In this document: piece after piece, positions 46,821 through 58,607 of the stretch
How the letters are laid out: the number at the start of each line of letters is the position of its first letter
Numbering within the stretch: the stretch's first letter is position 1
DNA from: Centroscyllium fabricii
Taxonomy: Eukaryota
Length of the DNA stretch: 64,000 bases
NCBI GenBank assembly: GCA_051313645.2
Contig: JBNRSN020000017.1
Span: 16,554,001-16,618,000, forward strand
Reading direction: 5' to 3'
Notes under the pieces: model-generated
What the model was told of the DNA's origin: nothing
Databases searched by the model: none
Seen by the model: the letters and a program-made list of their open reading frames with translations, nothing else
Program-made: the position numbers and the translations under genes

Positions 46821-49800
46821 TGACGTATCGTCAAGGTCTTCAATTAAAAGAGTCGACGCGTAGTTACCGAAACTAAAGGCTTTTAATTACTAAAGAACGG
46901 AGCTACTCTCCAGACGAACTACTGTACAGGAATGGATGGAGCCTCGGTCAGACCACACCTATATCGGGGCCTCACCTGGGAGAGGAGTCGGGGGTGTGGC
47001 TGACCTGGCTCCCAACAGAGTCACAGTAAACAGGGCTGTGCCTAACATCTGCACAGCCCATCATTAGCCATGGTGATACAGTGGTATAACTGATATAGAA
47101 TGGTTACCACATTCACCCCTTCTTAAAAACTTTGAGTCCGGGGGGGGTGAATGGATCGAACAGTTCATAATTAGTCTGTCCGGCGGTCGTGTCTGCCTGG
47201 AGGACCGCCGGCGCTCCGGTGTTGGCGGCGGTGCCTCCTGTGTCAAATGGTCCGCATCTGCCGGCGCTGTGACTTCAGGTGGTGGTGGGCTCGGCTGGTC
47301 CCCGCCGTCCGGTTCGTAGTCGGGGAAACTCGGGGGCCATCTTGCGTCTGGTGGTTGGTCGACCTGCTGGCCAGCAGGGGGCGCTGTGGTGGTGTTTCCG
47401 GCAGGGGCCAGGTCCCTGATGGACACGGTGTCCTCACGCCCGTCCGGGAACTGCACGAAGGCGTAGTGCGGGTTCGCGTGTAGGAGCTGTACCTTGTCCA
47501 CCAGGGGGTCCGTCTTGTGGCTCCGGACATGCCTTTTAAGCAAAACCGGCCCCGGAGTCGTCAGCCATGGAGGGAGAGCTGTCCCCGAAGTCGACCGCCT
47601 GTTAAAAGAGAAAATCAGATCGTGCGGGGTGGCGTTAGTAGCAGTACATAACAGAGCGCGAATAGAGTGCAGCGCATCTGGGAGGACTGCCTGCCAATGG
47701 GACACTGGAAGGCCTCTGGACTTAAGAGCCAGGGTGACCGCCTTCCAGATGATCCCATTCTCCCTTTCTACCTGGCCGTTCCCCCGGGGGTTATAACTGG
47801 TCATTCTGCTCGTGGCAACCCCTCTCTGGAGCAGAAACTGGCGCAGTTCATCGCTCATGAACGATGACCCCCGGTCGCTATGGATGTAGCTGGGGAGACC
47901 GAAAATGGCGAACAGCGCGGTGAACTGTTTGATCACCGTTGCGCTCGTCATGTCTGGGCAGGGGAAGGCGAAGGGGAAGCGGGAGAACTCATCCACTACC
48001 GTGAGGAAGTATGAGTTGCGGTCGGTGGAGGGGAGGGGGCCTTTGAAGTCCACGCTGAGACGTTCAAAGGGGCGGGTGGCCTTGATGAGGTGCGTCGTGT
48101 CTGGCCGGAAAAAGTGGGGTTTGCACTCGGCGCAGACAGGGCACTCTCGGGTCATAGCCTTGATCTCCGTGATGGAGTAGGGGAGGCTACGGGATTTGAC
48201 GAAATGGGCGAGTCTGGTGACACCCGGGTGGCAAAGGCGGTCGTGGAGGTCCCTCAGCCGGTCTAGCTGGGCACTGGCGCACGTTCCCCTGGACAGAGCG
48301 TCAGGGGGTTCGTTGAGTTTGCCTGGTCGGTAAAGAATGTCGTACTCGTAAGTCGAGAGTTCGATCCGCCACCGCAGGATCTTATCATTCTTGATTTTAC
48401 CCCGTTGTTTATTATTAAACATAAACGCTACCGACCGTTGGTCGGTGAGCAGGGTAAAACGCTTACCGGCCAGGTAATGACGCCAGTAGGGCACGGCCTC
48501 CACGATGGCCTGGGCCTCCTTTTCCACTGCTGAGTGGCGAGTTTCGGGTCCCTGTAGGGTGCGGGAGAAAAACGCAACGGACCTGCCTGCCTGATTCAGG
48601 GTGGCAGCAAGGGCGAAGTCCGAAGCGTCACTCTCCACCTGGAAAGGGATGGATTCATCAACAGCGAGCATGGTCGCCTTGATAATATCTTCCTTTATCT
48701 TTGCGAATGCCGTTTGGGCTTCCACAGAGAGGGGGAAGACAGCAGTCTTGAGGAGTGGTCTAGCCTTATCTGCGAACTGTGGGACCCATTGTGCATAATA
48801 GGAGAAAAATCCTAGACATCTCCTCAAGGCTTTGGGGTTGTGAGGTAGGGGCAGTTCTTGCAAGGGTCGCATACGCTGTGGGTCGGGGCTGAGGAGCCCG
48901 TTCTCCACCACGTATCCGAGGATGGCGAGCCGGGCTGTATTAAAGACACATTTGTCTTTGTTATACGTGAGGTCCAGCTTAGCCGCCGTGGCGAGGAATT
49001 TGGCCAGATTGGCATCGTGGTCCTGCTGGTCGTGGCCGCAGATGGTCACGTTGTCCAGGTAAGGGAAGGTGGCCTGCAAGTCGTTTTGGTCAACCATACG
49101 GTCCATCTCCCGTTGGAACACTGACACTCCGTTGGTCACACCAAAGGGGACCCGGAGGAAGTGGTAGAGCCGACCGTTCGCCTCGAAGGCGGTGTAGGGG
49201 CGGTCAGCTTTCCGAATCGGGAGCTGATGATACGCCGATTTAAGGTCGATCGTAGAGAACACCTTGTACTGGGCGATCTGATTGACGATTTCTGAGATGC
49301 GGGGAATGGGGTAGGCGTCGAGCCCGGTGTAGCGGTTGATAGTCTGGCTGTAATCGATAACCAGCCGCTGTTTTTCGCCAGACTTCACCACTACAACTTG
49401 GGCACGCCAGGGGCTGGTGCTGGCTTCAATTATCCCCTCCTTCAGCATCCGCCCGACCTCCGACCTGATAAACGTGTGATCCCCCTCACTGTACCGCCGA
49501 CTCTTAGTGGCGATGGGTTTGCACTTCGGGTCGAGGTTGGCGAACAGCGAGGGGGGGTCGATTTTCAGGGTGGAGAGGCCGCAGGCCGGGCTCCGCTTTG
49601 GGAGGAGATTGTCCCGGCTACTGACGGTGAGGGGGGGTAACGTCCCGCCGAACTCCATTGTCACACTCCTGAAGTGGCACTGGAAATCCAAACCTAGTAA
49701 GGCTGGGGCACACAACTGTTGGAGGGTATACAATTTAAAATTACGGTACACGCGTCCCTTGACGGTGAGCGTGACGGAGCAGTAGCCGGTGACGTCCGCG

Positions 49801-51597
49801 GTGTGGGACTGTGAAGCTAGGGAGACTTGGTAGTTGGTGGGCAGGACCTGCAGTCCGCAGCGCCGCACTGTATCAGGGTGAATGAAACTCTCAGTGCTGC
49901 CTGTGTCGAAAAGGCAGTCGACAGTATGATCATTAATGCTAATCGGTATTATTGAGTTAGACAGGGTATGGGGCCTGCCCTGGCTAACTCTGATTCTAGC
50001 TGCCGCAGCCCCTGCTGATCGGGGCTGTGCACAAGATGGCGTCGCCCCTGGCTTGCACATGGATGGGCCCTGGATACAAGATGGCGTCGCCCCTGGCCCG
50101 CAGCTGGTGGGGCCCCGTATACAAGATGGCGTCGCCCCTGGATCGCACATGGAGGGGCTCTGGTTGCAAAATGGCGTTTCTGAGGGGACGCACGCGGTTG
50201 GGCCCTGTGAACGCGCTGGCGGCGCCCGTGATTCGCACGCAGCGAACCGCGGTGATCGGGTTGGCGGTGCCCGTGATTCGCACGCAGCGGGCCGCGGTGG
50301 TCGGGTTGGCGGTGCCCGTGATTCGCACGCAGCCGGCCGCGTTGGGGGGTCGCGCTTGGCCGGCCTTTGCTGCATCAGGGTGGGGGATGGGGGCGCTTGT
50401 TGTTTACCCCCGTACCGTCGCTGGATCGCGCTGCTATTGCAGCTTACCTGGTGTCTGTCGGTGCTCTCACAGGCTGCACTGTTGTACCTTGAGTTGGGCG
50501 CTGCTGGAGCTGATCTGCAGGCTTTAGCGTAGTGTCCCTTCTTTGCACACTTCTCGCAGGTCGCTGTCCTGGCTGGGCATTTCGCTCTAGGGTGCAGTCC
50601 CTGGCTGCAGAAGTAACAGCGCTTGCTTTTAACGTCTTTAATGTCTTTAGTGGCCGTCGCGGCCATCGTGGGGGCCTCGGCCCGTAGCGCCCAGGCCTGG
50701 GCCTGTTGTGGCGCGGCCCATATGTTGTAGGCTTGCGGGTTAGTGCCGCTGTACGCCTGAAACTTGCTACGGACCCCCTCTACCGATTTGGCTAACGTAG
50801 TCGCCTCCTCGAGGGTTAAATTGTCTCTCTCTAGTAGCCGCTGGCGGGCTTCCACACACCTCAGTCCTGTGACATAAGCGTCCCGAACGAGGAGTTCTTC
50901 CTCCTCTGCAACAGTTGTGCCTTTGCAGCCACAGGCCCGTACCAGGGCCAGGAGCGCTTGCTCAAACTCCTCATTTGACTCACCCGGTAGCTGAGGTCTG
51001 GTCGCCAGCACATGTCGGGCGTAGACCGAATGGACCGGGCGCACGTAACATTTCTTCAAAATTAGTATAGTCCTTTCGTAGGTTGTGGCGTTCCTGACGA
51101 GGGTGAATACCCTGCTGGAGATCCTTGATCGCAGGACATGTAGCATGTCCTTGTCTCATGTAGCCTCGGCGGCTTCCATGTAGGCCTCCAGAAGGCCGAA
51201 CCAGTGTTCGAAGGTAGCGGGAGCAGCAGGGTCCTGGGGACTGATGTCCAGCTTCTCAGGTTTAACTGTGCTGCTATCCATTTTAAAATAATTTAGTAAT
51301 TAAAATTGACGTATCGTCAAGGTCTTCAATTAAAAGAGTCGACGCGTAGTTACCGAAACTAAAGGCTTTTAATTACTAAAGAACGGAGCTACTCTCCAGA
51401 CGAACTACTGTACAGGAATGGATGGAGCCTCGGTCAGACCACACCTATATCGGGGCCTCACCTGGGGGAGGAGTCGGGGGTGTGGCTGACCTGGCTCCCA
51501 ACAGAGTCACAGTAAACAGGGCTGTGCCTAACATCTGCACAGCCCATCATTAGCCATGGTGATACAGTGGTATAACTGATATAGAACGGTTACCACA
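46821..51597 (-). mobile_element. Young Gypsy/Ty3 LTR retrotransposon (4.8 kb)
   Basis: 291-bp TG…CA LTRs at 46821-47111 and 51307-51597 (2 differences seen). TSD ACAGG at 46816-46820 and 51598-51602. PPT aagaaggggtgaa at 47112-47124. Confidence 0.98.
47064..51281 (-). CDS. Single gag-pol polyprotein; one in-frame TGA at codon 42 (51156-51158), then 1360 aa open from the ATG at 51146
   Basis: Start MDSSTVKPEKLDISP at 51281. Two CCHC knuckles, protease LFDTGS, RT LDAYPIP and YLDN, RNase H SDASD and TDQRS, integrase H-H-C-C plus VDFKGP, SDRG and NGQVEREN. Confidence 0.93.
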
Positions 51598-51734
51598 ACA
51601 GGTCCAGAGCCTGGGTTACTCCTGTCAACCCTTTGTCCGATAAGCGCGCCTGTGAAACGCCTTGGGATGTTTTACTATGTTAAAGGCGCTATATAAATAC
51701 AAGTTGCTGTTCGTGTTACTTGCTGATTAAAAAT

Positions 51735-52160
51735 AAGGTCTTGCATTTATATCATGACTTATAGCTAATGAAGTACTTTTTGAAGTGTAGTCACTGTTGT
51801 AATGTAGGAAACACAGCAGCCAATTTGCGCACAGCAAGATTGCACAAACAGCAATATGACAATGACCAGATAATTTATTTTTTTAGTGATGTCAATTGAG
51901 GGATGAATGCTGGCCAGGACACCAGGGTGAACTCCCCCTGCTCTTCCTTAAAATAATGCTGTGGGATCTTTTACGTCCACCTGAGAGAGCAGGTTTAACA
52001 TCCCATCTGAAAGACGGCACCTCTGACAGTGCAGCACTCCCTGAGTACCGCACTGGAGTGTCAGCCTGGATTTTTGTGCTCGAGTCTCTGGAGTGGGACT
52101 TGCGCCCACAACCATTGATCGATTCAGATGGCAGGAGTGCTACCCACTGAGCCACGGCTG
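51735..52160 (-). mobile_element. Deu-domain SINE
   Basis: Reverse complement of the 31118-31515 consensus, including the tRNA-like head. Confidence 0.82.
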
Positions 52161-52496
52161 ACACCAGTAAAATGGCCACACCAGTACGTCGAAGCCTGAA
52201 GTGGGACGTCGCAGCCTGTCGGTCTCGGGTGTCGAACGGTGGTCCCCGACAAAACCTGAATGACGGGACGCTGAAAGGAGACAAACAGCACAGGGGAAGA
52301 ATCGTAGAATCATAGAATCATAGAATTACTACAGTGCAGATAGGGGCCATTTCGGCCCATCGAGCCTGCACCGACACGTATCCCACCCTATCCCCGTAAC
52401 CCCACACATTCAATCACCCTAACACTAAGGGTCAATTTATCATGGCCAATCAACCTAACCCGCACGTCAGGCGAAGTGTCGAGATTCATTTAAACA

Positions 52497-52630
52497 ACTT
52501 CACCTGACGAAGGGGCAGACGCTCCGAAAGCTTGTGATTTAAAATAAAACTGTTGGACTATAACCTGGTGTTTGTGTGACTTCTTGCATTTGTCCACCCC
52601 AGTCCAACACCGGCACCTCCACATCATGGC
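52497..52630 (+). mobile_element. Penelope terminal fragment with an intact minimal hammerhead (52500-52537)
   Basis: tcac-CTGACGA-aggggcagacgctcc-GAAA-gctt-gtga. It is preceded by a V-SINE-like fragment at 52310-52467 (-). Confidence 0.8.
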
Positions 52631-53679
52631 TCCTGTTCTTTCCTGAGCTACCAACAGGAGAGGGGATAGGCGGGGCGGGGGGGCGATAGGGGGTCATTTT
52701 CTGAGCACACACTGGCAGTGCGGAACTTTGCCCATCGCCAGCTTCACGGGATTATACAAAAGGCTGAAACAAGCCAGAATTCAATTGTGGTTTCTGACTT
52801 TTGCTCTGTTTCCCGTGCCTGATCATAACACGGAGCCAAGGGGTCTGGCTTTTTATTTCGTTTGTTGTTGAAGGTATTGAGCAAAATTGTGTAATCTGGA
52901 TCCCATTATATTATTTTAAATGATCTTTCCAAGAAGTTGAAGGACAAAGCACTCTATTCTGGCCTGGGAATCCAATTAGTAACACAACAAGTCTTTGATG
53001 GTTGGAGGTGAAAACACCGCAGATGATTCATGCAATTTAGCCTCAATAGAGGGCGGTTGTAATGTGTCCTTTTCACATCCCAGCAAATAGCTCAAATAAC
53101 AGTGCCTTTGCGAATGGGTACATCCAATCATTATGGAACCTTGTTTTGATATAGGGGGATGATGAGCTCCACAAGCTGTGTACGTTCAGAATAGACTCCA
53201 ACTCAGTGACAGCAGCACCTTTGCATTCTGGTTTATGTTGATTGGAGGTTCCTGGAATCAGAGCTAATTTCACGAGTCTGCGCTGTTTTGCCCGCAGTTT
53301 GGCTGCCCGCCATTGGGTTGAAAATGGTGGGCAGCCCCGCACTCGGAGTGGGTGAGGGTCCCTCCTAGCAGCATGGACCCTGATTTCGTTTTTTTTGCCG
53401 TATTATCAAGCAGCTGCCGATCAGCCCAGCAAGCGCGGGATTGCCTTTGCGATTTGGGTTTTCACGCCAGGTTATTTCCTCAGGCCCAGCGCCACCAGCC
53501 ACTCCCATAAACCGACCTTGTGACCCCTATGATCAGGAGTGCGCCTTTACCTACCAATATGAAGGTAACTATAATGAGGCCCAGGGTCAAGCTGGGAAGC
53601 CTTGTCGCTGTACACCAGCTTCCTGGAATATATCACATGCCACAATGTGAACCAGGCGACAGAAGAATATACACTCAAT

Positions 53680-55315
53680 TATAGAATCATAGAATGGTTC
53701 CAGCACAGAAAGAGGCCATTCAGCCTGTCGAGCCCATGCCGGCTCTCTGCAAGAGCACTTAAACTAGTCCCACTCCCCCGCCCTTTCCCCGTAGCCCTGC
53801 AAATTTCTTTCCTTCAGATACTTATCCAACTCCCTTTTGAAAGCCGTGATTGAGTCTGCCTCCACCACCCTCTCAGGCAGAGCATTTCAGATCCTAACCA
53901 CTCGCTGAGTAAACGTTTTTCCTCATGTCGCCTTGGTTCTTTTGTCAATTACCATAAATCTGTGTCCTCTGGTTCTCGACCCTTCCACCAATGGGAACAG
54001 TTTCTCTCTATCTACTAAAACATAGAAACATAGAAGATAGGAGCAGGAGTAGGCCATTCGGCCCTTTGAGCCTGCTCCACCATTCAATAAGATCATGGCT
54101 GATCATCCAAACCCAGCATCCCGTCCCTGCCTTGTCCCCATATCCCTCGATCCCTATCGAGCCTGCACCGACACATATCCCACCCAATCCCCGTAACCCC
54201 ACATATTCAATCCCCCGAACACTAAGGGTCAATTTATCCTGGCCAATCAACCTAACCCGCACATCTTTGGACTGTGGGAGGAAACCGGAGCACCTGGAGG
54301 AAACCCACGCAGACACGGGGAGAATGTGCAAACTCCACACAGATAGTACCCGAGGCTGTATTTGAACCCGGGTCTCTAGTGCTGTAAGGCAACAGTGCTA
54401 ACCACTATGCCACCGTGCCGCCCCCTCTTCTACTTCCCTCACCTCATCATCCATATTCCTTGTGGTTAAAAGCTGCTGTCTGTGGTGTTAACACTTTCAT
54501 TTTAACAGCGGCGTTCAGCCATTGAGCATTAAATGCTGGCCTTGCAGTGACGCCCACAATTGGTGAATGAATAAAAAACTAAAAAAGTCTAAGAAAACGG
54601 GCTGATGTCTTTGTCAAGGACAGTGGAGAGAGGAATACGATGCCAGTATGTTAAACCTACAAACACCATAACCAGTAATCTCATGCACTGGGAATTTCCT
54701 GGGAGCACTGATATTATAACCGGTAATCTCTTCGATTGGGAATTTCCTGGGAGCACTGATATAGTGAGAGGGTTCGAGTACAGGAACAAGGATGTCTTAC
54801 TGCAGTTGTACAGGGCCTTGGTGAGACCACACCTCGAGTATTGTGTGAAGTTTTGGTCACCTTATCTAAGGAAGGATGTACTCTGTCCAGACACCTCATG
54901 GTTTTGAACATCTCTATCTAATCTCCTCTCAACCTTCTCTGCTCTAAGGGGAACAACCCCAGCTTCTCCAGTCTATCCACGTAACTGAAGTCCCTCATCC
55001 CTGGAATAATTCTCGTAAATCTCTTCTGCGCCCTCTCTAAGGCCTTCACATCCTTGCTAAAGTGCGATGCCCAGAAATGGATACAATACTCCAGTTGAGG
55101 CTGACACAAGATTTTATAAAGGGTTATTATAACTACCTTGCTTTTGTACTCTATGCCTCTATTTATGAAGCCCAGGATCCCGTGAGCTTTTTGAAGCACC
55201 TTCCCAACCTGTCCTGCCCCCTTCAACGATTTGTGCACATATACCCCCAGGTCTCTCTGTTCATGCACCCCCTTTAGGATTGTACCCTTTAGTTTATATT
55301 GCCTCTCCTTGTTCA
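53680..55315 (-). mobile_element. CR1 3' fragment(s) interrupted by a V-SINE (54018-54424, -) and other pieces
   Basis: ORF 54918-55343 reads QRDLGV.VH.SLK…PQLEYC..FW…RRLRGD. Tail at 53680-54010. A short plus-strand CR1 piece lies at 54760-54880. Confidence 0.8.
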
Positions 55316-56740
55316 GATTGAGGATCAGGCAGTAAACCTGCATGCAAATTTATTTAACATTAAAAAGGTAAATGAACAGTTTTCAGTACAAACCGCATAT
55401 TTACAGTAAGTTGCACATTACTGTTGGAACAACACATGCGAGTCACTATGGCCGGAGGTTTGTTCCGGGGCCGACGTGTGTTCAGACCAGAAGATTTTTT
55501 ATCCACATACAATTAAATGAAATCATAGCAAATTCAGGCAGAGAACCTCAGCCTTGTTGCTGGCTGTGAAGGCCTTTCATTGGGCATCAACGAGGTCAAG
55601 TGATACCTGCACTATAACAATTTCTTTACATGTTTTCATTGTTGTTGCTATTCTGCATTCTACCTGGTGTATTTCTTCCTGTTGCTTGCTTCTGGTTCCC
55701 ACACTGGTGGTAGACCGGCCTCCATATAATTGGGGTGGATGACATCGAGGGAGTGGGCGAGAGAGAGCCTGGTGGCTTTGTGCAATCCAACAAGGTAAAG
55801 TCTCACTTCGACTTCCTCTTCTTGCTGTTATTTTGCATCCATTCAGTGACTGACATCCGCCCCTCTGCTACACTGAACCGTTTTGGTCTGGCTACTGTAG
55901 CGGCAGTGACCAGCTGCCTAACCTGTGCTAAGATGTTCCCTTTCCTTTGTGTTGGGCTTTCTCAAAGGTCAGGAGGAAGAGGAAGCAATCTCAAGTCAAA
56001 AATTACCCAGCAAGCACTCCAGACCATGCCAGCACAGGCCCAGAACCGTCCACTTCAGATGAATCAGCTTCCATTCAAGTCAATGGAAATAAAAATGTGG
56101 AGGGATTTTACACTGTCGCACAAAGTCGCGGTCTACCCCTTGCACACCCGAGCACTAGAATCATGGGCCATTTTGTTACATGACTGTGGAATTGGCCCGT
56201 AGATTTTTTTGATGTCTGCCATTAGGTATATTCTATGTTAAATATATTTCCACGTTCACTGAGCATTTGTCTTTATTATATCGTGGTTCTTAAGAGTTAA
56301 TTGCTTGTGAGTTGTGCAGTATGTGGCCCATTGGTGCTACCTGTAATGTGCCACATAGGACCTCTCTCCTTGCGCTTGGAGGTAAGTAGCACAGAGTCCA
56401 GTTCTACAGAGTGCTGCTTCGACAGTTAACTAAACTTGGGAATTTGGTGAGTGAGGGAATTCGGTGAAGTGGGGCTAAGAGATGCTGCTTGATACATAAA
56501 AAGGTTAAATTAGGACTGTGGGCTAAGTTACAGCAAAGACCTAAAGCATCTAACTAAATTTAATAAATTAAACAAGGTTATTACCTAGACTAAAAACTAT
56601 TAATAGACAGTTGAGTGTTTTAGAACCTAATTAGTTCAATAAAATATAATGGTGATGGCAGGGCAGGTGCTGTGTTGCAGCTGCAGCATGTGGGAGCTGC
56701 TGTACCCCAGTGTGATCCACAGCGACCACATCTGCAGTAA

Positions 56741-57129
56741 ATTCAATTCAGTTTAATTCTGGAATTAAATGTTAGTCTTAGTAATGGCGACCATGATACC
56801 ATTGTCGATTGTTGCAAAAACCCATCTGGTTCACTAATGTCCTTTAGGGAAGGAAATCTGCCGTCCTTACCTGGTCTGGCCTACATGTGACTCCAGACCC
56901 ACAGCAATGTGGTCGACTCTTAATGCCCTCTGAAATGGCCTAGCAAGCCACTCAGTTGTAAAGAACCGCTACGCAACATTGTGGGTGTACCTACACCATA
57001 TGGACTGCAGCGGTTCAAGAAGGCGGCTCACCACCATCTTCTTAAGGGCAATTAGGGATGGGCACTAAATGCAGGCCTAGCCAGCCAGCGACGCCCACAT
57101 CCCATCAACGAATATATATATATTTTTTT
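56741..57129 (+). mobile_element. 5'-truncated SINE whose 3' tail matches the LINE at 1-1191
   Basis: 56974-57108 is nearly identical to 1043-1177. It is inserted in CR1 ORF1 (tctgcagtaa|…|taagtgtctgcag). Confidence 0.8.
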
Positions 57130-58220
57130 AAGTGTCTGCAGCTCGAGGAACTTCGGCTCAGAGTTGATGAGCTGGAGTCCGAGCTTTGGACACTGCGATA
57201 CATCAGGGAGGGAGAAAGTTACCTGGACACTTGGTTCCAGGAGGCAGTCACACCCCTTAGGTTAAATACTGCAGATTTGATCCATGGCCAGTGACAGGCG
57301 GGTGTGACTACGAGTGAGGCAGGTATGGGGATCCAGGAGGTAGCATTGGAGGAGCCTCAGCCCTTGCACTTGTCCAACAGGTACAAGGTTGTTGCAACCT
57401 GTGTGGATGAAAGCAGGGACTACAGGGAGGATAAGCAAACTGACCACAGCAGGGGGCCATTCAAGTTGGGAGAGTAAAAAGGAATGTAGTAGTGGTAAGG
57501 AACAGTATAGTTAGGGGGAGAGATACTGTTCTCTGCAGCCGAGAGCGTGAGTCCCGAAGGCTGTGTTGCCTGCCCGGTGCCAAGGTTAGCAACATCTCGG
57601 GGCTGGAGAAGAACTTGGAGTGGTCCACGTAGGTACCAACGACATAGGTAGGACTAAGAAAGAGGTTCTGCTGAGGGAGCATGAGCAGCTAGGGGCTAAA
57701 TTAAAAGGCAGAACGACAAAGGTAATAATATCTGGATTACTACCTGAGCCACAAGCAAACTGGCATAGAGTCAATAAGATCAGAGAGTTGAATGTGTGGC
57801 TCAAGGATTGGCGTGGGAGAAATGGGTTTCCATTCATGGGGTATTGGCACCAGTACTGGGGAAAGAGGGAACTGTTCCGTTGGGACGGGCTTCAGTTTAA
57901 CCGTGCTGGGACCAGTGTCCTGGTGAATTGAGTAACTAGGGCTGTGGATAGGGCTTTAAACTAAATAGTGGGGGGGAGGGTTCAGGTGACGGGGATCCTA
58001 GAGAGTTAAAGAGAAAGGACAAGGAAATAGTGAAGGGTAGCGATAGGGGTAATGATAACCAGAGAGTGTGACAGGAAGGGACAGAGCGTACATGCACAAG
58101 AGTGTTCCAGCAAATAAGGTCAGAGGGGAAAAAATGGTAAAAGACAAAATTAAAGGCTCTATCTGAATGCATGCAGCATTTGGAACAAGATAGATGAATT
58201 GACGGTACAAATAGAAATAA

Positions 58221-58378
58221 ATTCAATTCAATTCAATTCAATTCAATTCAAGTTTTATTGTCATTGCAGAGTACTAGTACAATACAACGAGACGAAGACT
58301 CGACTCTCCCGAGAGTAGTGCAAATAAAATAAATAAATTACATGCAAATTGCATACAGTAAAGTACATTATCAGGCGT
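58221..58378 (-). mobile_element. LINE 3' tail (Rex1/Babar-like) with (TTGAA)n end
   Basis: Minus strand ctcgttgtattgtactagtactctgcaatgacAATAAAac(ttgaa)n, inserted in the CR1 EN region. Confidence 0.6.
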
Positions 58379-58607
58379 GCAGGTACCGGGTCTGATCTGA
58401 TGGCCATTACAGAGACGTGGTTGCAAGGTGACCCAAGGCTGGGAACTGAATATTCAGGGGTATTTGACATCTTGGATGGATAGGTAGAAAGGAAAAGGAG
58501 GTGGGGTAGCTCTGTTAATAAAGGATGAGATCAGTACCGTAGTGAGAAATGATCTTGGCTCGGAAGATCAAGATGTAAAATAAATTTGGGTGGAGATAAG
58601 AAATAAC

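Noticed and set aside
55449-56200. Possible Harbinger-type MITEs here and at ~62071-62661
   Set aside because: Only weak GG(G)CC/GGGT-type termini, with no convincing TIR pair or TSD.
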